From positions 1 through 64,000 of the forward strand of contig JBGGMJ010000167.1 of NCBI GenBank assembly GCA_041288095.1: 64,000 nucleotides of DNA, written 5' to 3'. The notes beneath the pieces are model-generated. The model made no database searches and was not told the DNA's origin. It saw nothing but the letters and a program-made list of their open reading frames with translations. Below are positions 33,266 to 43,271 of the stretch, in pieces. The translations under genes and the position numbers were made by a program. Numbering within the stretch: position 1 is the stretch's first letter; every line of letters begins with the position of its first letter. The stretch is from Myxococcota bacterium. Its GTDB lineage: Bacteria; Myxococcota; XYA12-FULL-58-9; JALHOP01.

Positions 33266-33301
33266 GGGGCTGGCAAATAGCCCCAGCGGACGACGCAAGC
33301 A

Positions 33302-33340
33302 ACCTAGCAAGCGCGCCACCTAGCAAGGGCACCCAGCAAG
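33302..33340. repeat. Three direct repeats ACC(T/C)AGCAAG upstream of the M16 operon
   Basis: Copies at 33302, 33318 and 33331. Confidence 0.6.
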
Positions 33341-33525
33341 TGGAGCGTCGGGCCGGTGCAACACTCGCGGCGCAGCGGCACATGCGAAGGCCCGACGTCG
33401 CGTCAAACGTTGGCGTTCTTCAACCCCCGACGCGCAACCGCCTCGTAGCCGCAACACGATGCGGTCGAAGCTCTGCTAAGCAGGCGTCGGGTCCGCCGAC
33501 GTTTTCCGCGGCGGACTCGACCTTA

Positions 33526-33552
33526 GCCTCGCCCCCTTTACGGGGGCGAGGC
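33526..33552 (-). terminator. GC-rich hairpin just downstream of tRNA-Leu
   Basis: Perfect 11-bp stem GCCTCGCCCCC/GGGGGCGAGGC, 5-nt loop; no clear U-tract. Confidence 0.5.
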
Positions 33553-33561
33553 GTCAGGAAA

Positions 33562-33645
33562 TGCCCGAAAAAGGACTCGAACCTTCACGGAGTTGCCCCC
33601 ACCAGGACCTGAACCTGGCGCGTCTACCAATTCCGCCATCCGGGC
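33562..33645 (-). tRNA. tRNA-Leu(CAG)
   Basis: GCCCGGATGGCGGAATTGGTAGACGCGCCAGGTTCAGGTCCTGGTGGGGGCAACTCCGTGAAGGTTCGAGTCCTTTTTCGGGCA; anticodon stem CCAGG/CCTGG around CAG, long variable arm, CCA not encoded. Confidence 0.96.
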
Positions 33646-33686
33646 TTGCAGCCGCGCGTCATAAACAAACGCTCGATTTCCGTCAA

Positions 33687-34856
33687 CTACGCTCGCTCGG
33701 GGACTTTCCACCACCATCGGCGCGTGGCCACGGCGATCAGCACCGCGACCACCTCCAGAACGGCCGCCACCGTGAACATCCATTGGCCACCGTGGCTGTC
33801 GAAAACGCGCCCCGAGAGCGACGTGCCGAGGGCGCCGCCGATGCCGAGGGTCGCGGCGGTATAAAGGCCCTGCATGGCGGCGCGTCGGCCGGGCGGGGCA
33901 TTCAGGCGGAAAACCGCCAGCTGCGCTACCCACCACAGGGCGAACGAAAAGGCGTGACCTGCTTGCACGGCGATGAGCAGGGCGGGAGTCGTGGCATAGG
34001 CGGTGCCGAGCCAGCGGAACACGCTCAACGACAGGCTCACGATGATCCAGGTCGCGGCAGGCGCGCGCTTCAGGAAGGCGCCGAAGAAGTAGAGGGTGAT
34101 GGTCTCGCCGGCGATGGCCGCGGCGACGCCCAAGCCGGGGACGTTGGGCGCGAATCCGCGCCAGCGGACATGTGACGAGAAGAAGACGTTGTACGCTTCG
34201 ACGGACGCCCAATGGATCGCGCCGATCACCATGAGCGCGATCACGCCCGCCGGGAGGCGTGACGTGGCCACCGTTCCCGCCGCGGGTGGATGCTCCATGC
34301 TCATGCCCCGCGGCAACCAGAACATCGCGAGCACCATGATGGCGTTCGCCGCGAGATACGCCGGGAGCGCGGTCGCACCAGCCTGATCGTAGGCCATGGC
34401 ACCAACAACCGATGCGAGCCCGAGCGCCGCGACGCCGTAGCCGATGCTGCCCCACAGGCGAATGCGCCCGTAGCGCTCCGCCCCATGTTCGTGAAGCGTG
34501 GTGGCGTCGAGAATCGGGATGGCGACGCTACGAAACGCTGCCTGCGTCCACATGAAGACCGCGGCACTCGCGAGTCCCTGCGCGAAGTACAGGCCGGACG
34601 CGGAAACGAGGCCCAGGACCATCGCCAGCTTCAGCGTTAGGTACGGCTTGCCGGTGCGATCGGCGAGGCGCGTCGTCAGCGGCTGGAAGACGATCGAGGT
34701 GGCGACGCGGCCGGCATACAGCACACCCAAATCGCCTGGGGAGAGCCCGACGTTCGTGAAGAAGAACGGCAGGTAGACGTACTCGAGGCCGATCGTCGCG
34801 TAATAGGTGAAATAGGCGGTCGAAAGGCGTCGGGCGACCGTGGCCGCGTCGGGCAT
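33687..34856 (-). CDS. MFS transporter (HcaT-like)
   Basis: About 12 TM segments; LADRTG; YGRIRLWGSIGY. Confidence 0.88.
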   Translation of the reverse strand: MPDAATVARRLSTAYFTYYATIGLEYVYLPFFFTNVGLSPGDLGVLYAGRVATSIVFQPLTTRLADRTGKPYLTLKLAMVLGLVSASGLYFAQGLASAAVFMWTQAAFRSVAIPILDATTLHEHGAERYGRIRLWGSIGYGVAALGLASVVGAMAYDQAGATALPAYLAANAIMVLAMFWLPRGMSMEHPPAAGTVATSRLPAGVIALMVIGAIHWASVEAYNVFFSSHVRWRGFAPNVPGLGVAAAIAGETITLYFFGAFLKRAPAATWIIVSLSLSVFRWLGTAYATTPALLIAVQAGHAFSFALWWVAQLAVFRLNAPPGRRAAMQGLYTAATLGIGGALGTSLSGRVFDSHGGQWMFTVAAVLEVVAVLIAVATRRWWWKVPERA

Positions 34857-34969
34857 GCCCCCAACCACCTACATGCCTTGAGCCGTCGTGAAAAGATCCG
34901 AGTCGGCGAAACCTCGAATTGTGCCGTTGGCTTGGATGAGGTCTCCAGCCTCCGACGAGGGGATATTTC

Positions 34970-35578
34970 ATGAAGGTGTTGATTGCCGATGACGAGCCGA
35001 TGTCACTGCGCATCCTGCAAGCGCAACTGACGCGGGCCGGATTCGAGGTGGTGACGGCCGCCGACGGCGTCGCCGCGATCAACATTCTCGCGCAGCCCGA
35101 CGCGCCCCAGCTGGTGGTCATGGACTGGATGATGCCGCGCGCTTCCGGTCCCGAAGTCTGCCGTTGGATCCGCGCCCAGAAGAGCCGCTACACCTACGTC
35201 TGCCTGGTGACGGCGCGCGATACACAAGCCGACCTGCTCGAAGCCCTCGACTGCGGCTGCGACGACTACGTGAAGAAGCCGTACGACCCGACCGAGCTGC
35301 GCGCCCGTCTGCGCGTCGGTGAGCGCATCGTCAAGCTCGAGGCGAACCTCACGGCGAAAGTCGCCGAGCTCGAGGAAGCAGCGGCGCACATCAAGCAGCT
35401 CCAAGGCCTCATTCCGATTTGCATGCACTGCAAGCGCATCCGCGATGACGGATCGTCGTGGCAGAAGATGGAATCGTACATCGAGCAGCGCTCGAACGCG
35501 GTCTTCAGCCACGGCCTCTGCGACAGCTGCCTCGATCAGCACTATCCCGCCGAGGTGGACAGCGGAGCGACGCCGTAA
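34970..35578 (+). CDS. Response regulator with C-terminal Cys/His zinc-binding tail
   Basis: IADDE, MDWMMP, DDYVKKP; IPICMHCKRIR...FSHGLCDSC. Confidence 0.9.
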   Translation: MKVLIADDEPMSLRILQAQLTRAGFEVVTAADGVAAINILAQPDAPQLVVMDWMMPRASGPEVCRWIRAQKSRYTYVCLVTARDTQADLLEALDCGCDDYVKKPYDPTELRARLRVGERIVKLEANLTAKVAELEEAAAHIKQLQGLIPICMHCKRIRDDGSSWQKMESYIEQRSNAVFSHGLCDSCLDQHYPAEVDSGATP

Positions 35579-36234
35579 ACGACGCGAGCCTGTAGCGCCG
35601 CGATGAGCGCGCTGTCGTGCGTAATCACGAGAAACCCCGTGCCGGCTCCCGCCCGCTCGCGGAAGAGGTCGACCACCGCCTGACGAGCCGTCGGGTCGAG
35701 AGCCGAGGTTGGCTCGTCGGCAATCACGAGCTCCGGCGACGTCATGAGGGCCATGGAGATCAGCGCCCTTTGCAGCATGCCCCCCGACCAGCGGTGTGGA
35801 TGTTCCCGCATGCGCGTGCCGGCGTCCTCGATCCCCAAGCGCGCGAGCAATGTCGCGGCCCTACCGTGAGCGACTTTTCGCGAAATGCCCTCATGGACCT
35901 CGGCGACTTCCGCGATCTGGCGGGCGACGGGGTGGAACGGACTGAGCGAGGCGCCGACGTCCTGCGGGATCCAGGCGATGCGCCGGCCACGCAGCCCTCC
36001 GCGGTCGCGCTCGCCGAGCTCCGTGAGCACGAGATCGCGGAAGGTGATCCTCCCGCTCAGGCGGGCGTCCGCGGGCAGGAGTCCGAGGATGGCGAGGCCG
36101 AGGGTCGATTTGCCACACCCCGACGGCCCGCTGAGCGCGACGATCTCGCCGGCGGCGACGGTGATCTCGGGACAGTGGAGCGCCGGTTTGTCCGACTCCG
36201 GGAAACGCACGCGCACGTTGCTGACACTCAGCAT
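35542..36234 (-). CDS. DppD/OppD-like ABC ATP-binding protein, C-terminally short
   Basis: GPSGCGKS, PHRWSGGMLQR, IADEPTSALD, ITHD. Confidence 0.82.
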   Translation of the reverse strand: MLSVSNVRVRFPESDKPALHCPEITVAAGEIVALSGPSGCGKSTLGLAILGLLPADARLSGRITFRDLVLTELGERDRGGLRGRRIAWIPQDVGASLSPFHPVARQIAEVAEVHEGISRKVAHGRAATLLARLGIEDAGTRMREHPHRWSGGMLQRALISMALMTSPELVIADEPTSALDPTARQAVVDLFRERAGAGTGFLVITHDSALIAALQARVVYGVAPLSTSAG

Positions 36235-36254
36235 ATTGGCTATGACTCAGCCCC

Positions 36255-36575
36255 ATGTTCGTCGAAGGCGAAGTCGAGATCAAAATCAAAGACAAGAGCG
36301 CGCTCGCGCTCGACGACCACAATTTGAAGCTCTGGGTGCAACGGAGCTTCAAAGACATGAGCTGCTACCGCATCTCCAACTTCAAGCGGGACGACGAGAC
36401 GAAGAGTCTACGCGCGGTCGTTGCTCTGAAGCTCGACGTGCTCCCGGAGGCGGAGAAGAAGCTCATCGAGTCGCGACCGAACGACATCGGCATGCTGCGC
36501 TCGTTCATCGAGAAGATGTTCGAGGGCAAGGGCGCCGTGCGGGCCATCGGCGACCCGAAGCTACGTCCGAACTAG
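36255..36575 (+). CDS. Hypothetical protein (106 aa)
   Basis: Host-like codon bias, first gene of an apparent three-gene operon. Confidence 0.7.
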   Translation: MFVEGEVEIKIKDKSALALDDHNLKLWVQRSFKDMSCYRISNFKRDDETKSLRAVVALKLDVLPEAEKKLIESRPNDIGMLRSFIEKMFEGKGAVRAIGDPKLRPN

Positions 36576-36580
36576 TTCGG

Positions 36581-36856
36581 ATGTCGCTGGCCAAAGTCGC
36601 ACGCATGCTCGAGCGGCGGCCACCGGAGAGCCGCTTTCGCGAACAACTCTTCTGGCTCGTCGACTTGGTGTACGCTTGCAAATCGAGCGGCGATCCGGAG
36701 CTCGTGAAGCACGCCCGGCTCGTCGAAGAAGCACTCGGTAACCTCGGTGAGTTCATGCAGACAGGCGCGTCCGAGCTGCTTAGCCAGGCGAGCGCCCGCG
36801 TCGAGGATTTCGCCCGCGTCGTCAAGGCAGCAGTAGAAGCTCTACCCAAGGAGTAG
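36581..36856 (+). CDS. Hypothetical helical protein (91 aa)
   Basis: MSLAKVARML...EALPKE fills the gap between neighbours; its end carries the AAGGAG RBS of the next gene. Confidence 0.65.
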   Translation: MSLAKVARMLERRPPESRFREQLFWLVDLVYACKSSGDPELVKHARLVEEALGNLGEFMQTGASELLSQASARVEDFARVVKAAVEALPKE

Positions 36857-36859
36857 CTC

Positions 36860-38185
36860 ATGGCCGGCACAGCGCAGCAGACCTTCAACCAAGCCGAAGA
36901 CGCGCTCCGCGCCGGAAAGTACGCCGAGGCGCTCACCGGCTACATGCAAGCCATCGCGGCCGTGCCCTCGTTCTGGCGCGCGCGCTTTCGCGTGGGCGAC
37001 GCGCTCTTGTCGTCGAAGGCCAAGACCCGCGCGCTCGAGGTCTACAAGGACTGCGCCTGGTACGCGATGAAGGCAGGCTTGCCGCTCGAGGCGCTGCTCG
37101 CCATCAAGATGGCATCGTTCATCGACCCGGCATTCCACGACGGCATCGAGATCTTGGCCGATCTGTACTCGTCGGAGTCGGACCGTGTGGCCGAGGGCGC
37201 CGAAGCGAAGGCGCCGAAGCTCGAGACCCAGGTCGGTCCGCCCGAGCGGATGACCGGCGATGCCCTGCTCGAGCACGCGGAGAAAGTAGCGACCGATTTC
37301 AGCATGCTGGGTGAAGGCGCCGAGAAGGTGCCTCCCATTCCGCTGTTCTCGTTCCTCGACGAAGAGTCCTTCGGGGTCGTGCTCGCGAGCCTGCAGCTGC
37401 GCCGCTTCGTGAAGGGCCAGGTCATCGTCCAGGAAGGCAAGCCCGGCGACTCGTTCTTCATCATCGTTTCGGGCAGCGTCGGCGTCACCCGCCAGCTCCC
37501 CAACGAACAGGGTGCCATGCGCGCGGTTCAGCTCGCGCGTCTGCACCACGGCGCGGTTTTCGGTGAGATGGCTTTGATCTCGAACGCGCCGCGCACCGCG
37601 ACAGTGACCGCCGACGAAGACTGCGACGTCCTCGAGCTCAAGCGCGCGTCGCTGCAAGAGCATGCGCATCGCTTGAATAGCGTGACCCGCGCGCTGCACG
37701 ACTTCACCAACGAGCGGTTGCTGACGAACCTTCTGGCGACGAGCCCCATCTTCAAGCCGTTCCCCAAGTCGGTGCGCGGAGAGATCATCAAGAAGTTCAA
37801 GGATTTTCCCGTCGACGCCGGCGACGACCTCATCGAAGAGGGCGAGCAGGGTCAGGGGCTCTTCATGATCATGAAGGGCGAGATCGAGGTCTCGAAGCAG
37901 GGCGAAGACGGCCACCGCGTCCGCCTCGCCATGCTCAAGGAAGGCGACGTGTTCGGCGAGATCGCCTTGCTCCAGGATTCGCCCACCACGGCGACGTGCA
38001 AAGCGGCGACGGCGGGCCAGCTCTTGTTGCTACCGAAGGGCGACTTCAAGGCGACCATCACCCGCCATCCCGAGCTCAAGGACGGGCTTTCGAAGCTCAC
38101 CGCCGAGCGCGTTCAGAAGACCAAGTCGATGATGAACCCAGACGAGCTGATGGTCGTCGAGGACGACGACTTGGTGCTGCTCTAG
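36860..38185 (+). CDS. TPR plus tandem cyclic-nucleotide-binding domain protein
   Basis: FGEMALISNAPRTATV and FGEIALLQDSPTTATC; N-terminal TPR-like helices. Confidence 0.88.
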   Translation: MAGTAQQTFNQAEDALRAGKYAEALTGYMQAIAAVPSFWRARFRVGDALLSSKAKTRALEVYKDCAWYAMKAGLPLEALLAIKMASFIDPAFHDGIEILADLYSSESDRVAEGAEAKAPKLETQVGPPERMTGDALLEHAEKVATDFSMLGEGAEKVPPIPLFSFLDEESFGVVLASLQLRRFVKGQVIVQEGKPGDSFFIIVSGSVGVTRQLPNEQGAMRAVQLARLHHGAVFGEMALISNAPRTATVTADEDCDVLELKRASLQEHAHRLNSVTRALHDFTNERLLTNLLATSPIFKPFPKSVRGEIIKKFKDFPVDAGDDLIEEGEQGQGLFMIMKGEIEVSKQGEDGHRVRLAMLKEGDVFGEIALLQDSPTTATCKAATAGQLLLLPKGDFKATITRHPELKDGLSKLTAERVQKTKSMMNPDELMVVEDDDLVLL

Positions 38186-39219
38186 CGCGTCGCGCCCGAG
38201 TCCTGAACCGCCGCGATGATGGCCTTGACGTTCTCCACCGGCGTCTCCGGCAGCACGCCGTGGCCGAGATTGAAGATGAAGCCGTCACGGCCCTTCATCT
38301 CGGTGATGATCGACTGTACGCGTGAGCGGATGACTTCGGGCGTGGTGAACAACGTCGTCGGGTCGAGGTTGCCCATGAGCGCCCCGACCTTGGGCAGCCG
38401 GCGGCGCGCTTCGCTCATGGTGATCGTCCAATCGATGCCCAAGACGTCCGCCCCGAGCGTCGCGGCTTCTTCGAGGTGTGCTCCGACGTCGCGCGCGAAG
38501 TAGATGACCGGGGCGCCCGTCTTCTTGAGCTCGGTGATGACGCGCTTTGCGTACGCGAAAGCGAACGTCGACAGCTCGGGGGCGGCGAGCACGCCAGCGC
38601 TGGTATCGAAGAGCTGCACCGTATCGCAACCGGCGGCGAGCTGTGCCTTGCAATGGGCGAGCACCACGTCGCTGACGCGCTCGAGCAAGGCGTGCATCGT
38701 CTTCGGGTCGCCATAGGCCAGGCGCTTGGCTTCCTTCCACGTCTTCGACGGGTCGCCTTCGATCATGTAGGCCGACAGGGTGAACGGCGCGCCGACGAAG
38801 CCGATGAGTGACACCGCCGGGTCGAGCTGAGCACGGGTCAGCTTGATGGCCTCGAGCACGTAGCCGAGGTCGCGTTCGGGCGAGACTTCGCGCAAGCGCT
38901 GCACGTCCGCCGCCGTGCGCACCGGGGATTTGAACTTCGGACCCGGATCGAAGGTGAGCGGCAGGCCCATGGCCTCACCCGGCAGCGTGATGTCGCTGAA
39001 GATGATCGCGGCGTCGGTGCCGAGGATGCGCGCGGCATCGAGCGTCGCCTGCGCGGCGTATTCGGGCTTCACGCAGAGCTCGTAAAAGCCACCGGCCTTG
39101 GCGCGCAGCGCCTGGTACTCGGGCATGTAACGACCGGCCTGGCGCATCAGCCAGACTGGTGGACGATCGAGCGCTTCCCCGCGGCAAGCACGCAAGAAAC
39201 GTGTAGAGTGGCCGGCCAT
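38182..39219 (-). CDS. hemE: Uroporphyrinogen decarboxylase
   Basis: [45 protein letters not shown]. Confidence 0.97.
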   Translation of the reverse strand: MAGHSTRFLRACRGEALDRPPVWLMRQAGRYMPEYQALRAKAGGFYELCVKPEYAAQATLDAARILGTDAAIIFSDITLPGEAMGLPLTFDPGPKFKSPVRTAADVQRLREVSPERDLGYVLEAIKLTRAQLDPAVSLIGFVGAPFTLSAYMIEGDPSKTWKEAKRLAYGDPKTMHALLERVSDVVLAHCKAQLAAGCDTVQLFDTSAGVLAAPELSTFAFAYAKRVITELKKTGAPVIYFARDVGAHLEEAATLGADVLGIDWTITMSEARRRLPKVGALMGNLDPTTLFTTPEVIRSRVQSIITEMKGRDGFIFNLGHGVLPETPVENVKAIIAAVQDSGATR

Positions 39220-40126
39220 GCGAAGTCATATGCAGTCGCTCGTGACCGAAGTTCAAGCATCGCTTGCGGCGAGCCTCGAGGCGGTCGACGGCAGCGGTCG
39301 ATTTCGGCGCGACAGCTGGTCGCGCGAAGGGGGGGGCGGCGGCACCAGCTGCGTCCTCCAGGACGGGGCGGTTTTCGAGAAGGCCGGAGTCAACGTCAGC
39401 AGCGTCCACGGTACCCTGACCCCCGAGGCGGCTCGCAGCATGGGCGGTGGTAAGGACCTGGGCGACCAAGCCTTGGAGTTCTTCGCCTGCGGCGTCTCGG
39501 TGGTCATCCATCCGCACAACCCCATGGCTCCGACCGCGCACTTCAACTACCGCTACCTCGAGCGCGGCAAGCCGGAGGCGCCCGCTGCCTGGTGGTTCGG
39601 TGGTGGCGCCGATCTCACGCCCAGCTATCTCTTCGAGGACGACGCGCGCCATTTCCACCGCATCCACAAAGAGGCATGCGACAAGCACGACCCGGCGTTC
39701 TATCCGCGCTTCAAGAAGACCTGCGACGACTACTTCTTGATCATGCACCGTGGCGAACGGCGTGGCATCGGCGGCATCTTCTTCGATGATTTACACGACC
39801 GGCCGAAGGAAAATCTCTTGGCTTTCGTCCGCGATTGCGCACACGGCTTCGAGCGCGCTTATGTGCCGTTGGTCACCTTGCGTAAGGACATGCCTTACAC
39901 CTCCGCCAACAAGCGGTGGCAGCAGCTCCGCCGTGGCCGCTATGCCGAGTTCAACCTGGTCTACGACCGCGGAACTCTCTTCGGCCTGCGCACCGCGGGC
40001 AGGGTCGAGAGTATCCTCATGTCGCTGCCGCTGACGGCACGCTGGGAGTACGACGTGAAGGTCGACCCCGGCTCACCGGAAGATCAAATCACCCAAGTGC
40101 TGCGCGAGCCGCGCGACTGGGTCTAG
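39218..40126 (+). CDS. hemF: Oxygen-dependent coproporphyrinogen III oxidase
   Basis: [52 protein letters not shown]. Confidence 0.97.
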   Translation: MRSHMQSLVTEVQASLAASLEAVDGSGRFRRDSWSREGGGGGTSCVLQDGAVFEKAGVNVSSVHGTLTPEAARSMGGGKDLGDQALEFFACGVSVVIHPHNPMAPTAHFNYRYLERGKPEAPAAWWFGGGADLTPSYLFEDDARHFHRIHKEACDKHDPAFYPRFKKTCDDYFLIMHRGERRGIGGIFFDDLHDRPKENLLAFVRDCAHGFERAYVPLVTLRKDMPYTSANKRWQQLRRGRYAEFNLVYDRGTLFGLRTAGRVESILMSLPLTARWEYDVKVDPGSPEDQITQVLREPRDWV

Positions 40127-42021
40127 GCATCTTTTTCCGAGGCTTTGATCATCGCCGCGATGGTGAGGTTCACCGCCACGGCCATCTCGGCGCCGTCCTC
40201 GCGCAAGTCGACCAGGGTCGGCGAGTACTCGATATCGGGCTTCACGCCGCGGCCCTCGAGGGGATCCTCGATGCGCGATGGATCCTTGTTACTGAGATCC
40301 GCGACGCTACCGGTGATGGTGATGTAGTCGATGCCAGCCTTGTTCAGGTACTTCTCCTGAATGACGTAGCCACCGGCGCCCGCGGTCGTCTCTCCCATGA
40401 TGATGGCGCGCTTGTTCTGCTGCAGCGCCGACGGGAAGAAGTCACCGCACGAGTAGCAGGTCGCGTTCACCAGGCAGAGGATGGGCTTGCTGTAGGTCGC
40501 ACGCGATGACGGATTGACGACGCCGACGCCCGAGAGCGGAAATGCGTCGGTGAGCTCCTTGCCCAGCTCGTTCTGTTTGAGAATGTGACGCGCGTGGGCC
40601 CGGAGCTTTTCGACCAGGTCGAAGGTAACGGGCAGGCCCGCGATGTGCTTGCCGAGCGCCTTGCGCGCGGACTTGTCGTCAGTGACCTTCTCGAGGCTCT
40701 GCAACGTTTCGTCGGCTTCAGCGACCTCGGCCGGCGTGATCTTCTCCTGTTGCTTCGGCATCGTCATGGGCTGCGGCGAGAGCATCGACAGCAGCGACAT
40801 CATGTAGAAGAAGTAGCCGCCCGGATTGTTCTGCTGATCGATGATCAAGGCATCGGTCGTCGCCTCGAACTTCTCGATGAGCTCGGCAAAGGCCTCCACG
40901 TAAGTGTCGAGCTTGCCGGCGTCCTCGGGGCTGAACTCCGGCAGGCGGATAACACCGACGTTCTTGCCCTCCTCGTTGCGATAAACGTACGCGTCGAACG
41001 GGGCCTTCGCGTCAGTGCGGTAGATGACCGGCCCGAGGTCGGGCAGCAGCGTCTTGCGGCCGCCGCTCAAGAACGGGTCCACGTCCGCATCCTTGGCTTT
41101 CTTGGCCTCCGCGAGCGCCTCCTCATCGATGACCCGGTAGGCGGTCATGTCGAGCGAGCGCACCTCTTTCTTGGGCTCGGTTCCGCGAATGTTGAGGATG
41201 CCGTTGCTCACCGGCGTCGTCTTGATGCGCTCGGGGGTGATGCCCCAGGCGAGGTCATGCGAGGTCACACTGCCGTCGGCGCGCTTGATGGTGAAGCTGC
41301 GCGTCGCTTCGCTGGGCATCGGTTGACCGACCGCGCCGCGGATGACGGTCAACATCCTGGCCGCGCTGGCCCGATCCGCGATAGCGTTGCTGCGCGGCAG
41401 CATCGCGAGGTTCGCCGCGATCACGTCTTTCACCGGTTTGCCGTCGACCGCGATGATCTCGTCGCCGGGCTGGAAGGGGAAGGCGCTCTCGGAGAGCTTT
41501 TCGCGATTGATGACGCTGATTGCGTAGCCGTCGCCGATGGGTCGCACCTGGAAAGGGATGCGCGCCGAGCTGGTCCGCAGCAGACGCAGCGACACGTGGT
41601 AGTCGTTCATGCGATTGGCGAAGTCGACCAAGACGCGTTGACAGCCCGCGACCATCTGCTCCTGGGTCTGCGAGGCGTCCGCGGTGGCCTTGCCGATCGC
41701 GGTCTTGGCCTTGGCCTCTTCCTTGTCCACGTCCCAGCCAAAGTCGGCCTTCTTCACGGCGGCGGGGCCGTAGCGCAGGCGGTACTTGTTGGCGAGGGTC
41801 GCGACCTCGCCCTCCATGATCTTGCGCAGCTCGGCGGCGACCTTCTTGCCGGCCGCCGCGCCTTCCGCTGGCGCGACTTCGGGTGCCTTCGGCGTTTTGG
41901 CGACCGTGAAGACGTCGGACTTGAGCTCGGGGCCGGAGGGCGCAGCCTTGCCGAGGGGTGCTGCGGGCGAAAGGGCGGCATCAATCACGCGCTTGGTGGG
42001 CGTGACCCGAGTGGTGGACAT
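40123..42021 (-). CDS. CPAF-like S41 serine protease with PDZ domain
   Basis: RYGP...[19 protein letters not shown] (PDZ), [31 protein letters not shown] before ATG 42021. Confidence 0.85.
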   Translation of the reverse strand: MSTTRVTPTKRVIDAALSPAAPLGKAAPSGPELKSDVFTVAKTPKAPEVAPAEGAAAGKKVAAELRKIMEGEVATLANKYRLRYGPAAVKKADFGWDVDKEEAKAKTAIGKATADASQTQEQMVAGCQRVLVDFANRMNDYHVSLRLLRTSSARIPFQVRPIGDGYAISVINREKLSESAFPFQPGDEIIAVDGKPVKDVIAANLAMLPRSNAIADRASAARMLTVIRGAVGQPMPSEATRSFTIKRADGSVTSHDLAWGITPERIKTTPVSNGILNIRGTEPKKEVRSLDMTAYRVIDEEALAEAKKAKDADVDPFLSGGRKTLLPDLGPVIYRTDAKAPFDAYVYRNEEGKNVGVIRLPEFSPEDAGKLDTYVEAFAELIEKFEATTDALIIDQQNNPGGYFFYMMSLLSMLSPQPMTMPKQQEKITPAEVAEADETLQSLEKVTDDKSARKALGKHIAGLPVTFDLVEKLRAHARHILKQNELGKELTDAFPLSGVGVVNPSSRATYSKPILCLVNATCYSCGDFFPSALQQNKRAIIMGETTAGAGGYVIQEKYLNKAGIDYITITGSVADLSNKDPSRIEDPLEGRGVKPDIEYSPTLVDLREDGAEMAVAVNLTIAAMIKASEKDA

Positions 42022-42044
42022 ACGAACCTCCGGGGGATTTCGAA

Positions 42045-42072
42045 GTATCGCCGGACCACTGGGGCGGGTTGC
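42045..42072 (-). promoter_or_regulatory. Sigma28-like bipartite promoter motif, copy 2
   Basis: Minus strand GCAA-cccgccccagtggtcc-GGCGATAC upstream of the CPAF-like gene. Confidence 0.55.
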
Positions 42073-42098
42073 GGGGTTTGAGGTAGAGTCACCCTCCC

Positions 42099-43271
42099 AT
42101 GTCCAAGCCCTCATTCGACGCGCCGCCCCCGCCGGCCGACCTGGACGCTTTACGCCGTGAAAACCAGGCCTTGCGGAAGGAGGTCGAGCGCTTCAAGACC
42201 TCCGAAGCGAAGGCCGCGGAGCGCAAGAAGCGCATCGCCAAGGCCGCTGGGTCGATGCTGCTGCCGGTCTTCGATCGCCAGCGCGTGGTGCGCAGCTTCA
42301 TGGGCTTGATCGAGACGGTGGCCGGTTTTGCCGGGCCTCGTGAGGCATGGCCGACGCGCGACGATGTCATCAACGACGGCAAGCTGTTCGCCGTCGCCTT
42401 CATGCGCTTCGTGGTGAAGCGGCGCATCTTCATGTTCGTGTTCTCGCTGCTCGCCTTCAGCGTCCCGGGGCTGCAGCTCTACGTCGCGCTCAAGCAGAAC
42501 GAGATCATCGAGAACCAGAACAAATACTTCGACATTCAGGTCTACGACACCGTCACCAAAGCGATCACCAGCGGTGACACGACGGCGAAACAAATCACCA
42601 CGGCGTTGCTCGCGCGTGAGGACTTCGATCTGCTGAACGGCATCATCTCGCAGGTGTTCACCACCGAGGCGAGCGGCGCTTTCAGCTCGCAAGACGTGGG
42701 CCGGTCGCAGCCACTGTTCCTGCGCGAGACGGCGGCGCGTGGCCACCTCCTTGCCGCGTTGACTCAAGCCATCGAGCGTCACGGCGACCGCGTCGGCGCC
42801 GGCAAGACCTGGGCGGAGCTCGAGCCGACCTTGCGGGCGGTGATGGTGGACGCGAGCTACCGCGTGCCGCAGCTCTTGCGCATCAGCGGTCTGGTCGACG
42901 ACCAAGCCGTGAACCACGAGGCACTGCGCTACGTGTTCAATCTGGGGCTGCTCATCCGCAAGGCGTGGGCCTGCGCGGTGTCCGCTTCAGAAGACAAGCG
43001 CTTCTTCGCCGCGGTCGCTGGTTACTTCAATGGCGCGGCTCAAGCGCGCGCCGGCGGCGAGACGCAGTTCGCGACGGTCTTCGTCTCGGCGACGCAAGAG
43101 GTGCTGCTCGACCTGGCGGAACGCCCCGAACTGGGTGAAGCTGCCAAGAACACGCCCGACGACAAGGTACCGCAGCTCCTCGCGAAGGGGTTTCAGATCT
43201 TGCGCCAGGGCGTCGCGCCGAAAAACGGCGCCGCATGGGATAACTTCAAGAGGACGCTGGAGGTCCCATGA
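42099..43271 (+). CDS. Hypothetical membrane protein
   Basis: N-terminal coiled coil, TM IFMFVFSLLAFSVPGLQLYV, helical C-terminus. Confidence 0.75.
   Translation: MSKPSFDAPPPPADLDALRRENQALRKEVERFKTSEAKAAERKKRIAKAAGSMLLPVFDRQRVVRSFMGLIETVAGFAGPREAWPTRDDVINDGKLFAVAFMRFVVKRRIFMFVFSLLAFSVPGLQLYVALKQNEIIENQNKYFDIQVYDTVTKAITSGDTTAKQITTALLAREDFDLLNGIISQVFTTEASGAFSSQDVGRSQPLFLRETAARGHLLAALTQAIERHGDRVGAGKTWAELEPTLRAVMVDASYRVPQLLRISGLVDDQAVNHEALRYVFNLGLLIRKAWACAVSASEDKRFFAAVAGYFNGAAQARAGGETQFATVFVSATQEVLLDLAERPELGEAAKNTPDDKVPQLLAKGFQILRQGVAPKNGAAWDNFKRTLEVP

Noticed and set aside
30408..33319. Loss of HxxEH in the second M16 gene as a novelty
   Set aside because: Active plus inactive M16B heterodimer pairs are well established
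33266..33690. tRNA-Leu as integration site of a genomic island
   Set aside because: No integrase, no duplicated tRNA 3' end noticed in the window, and the flanking genes look native
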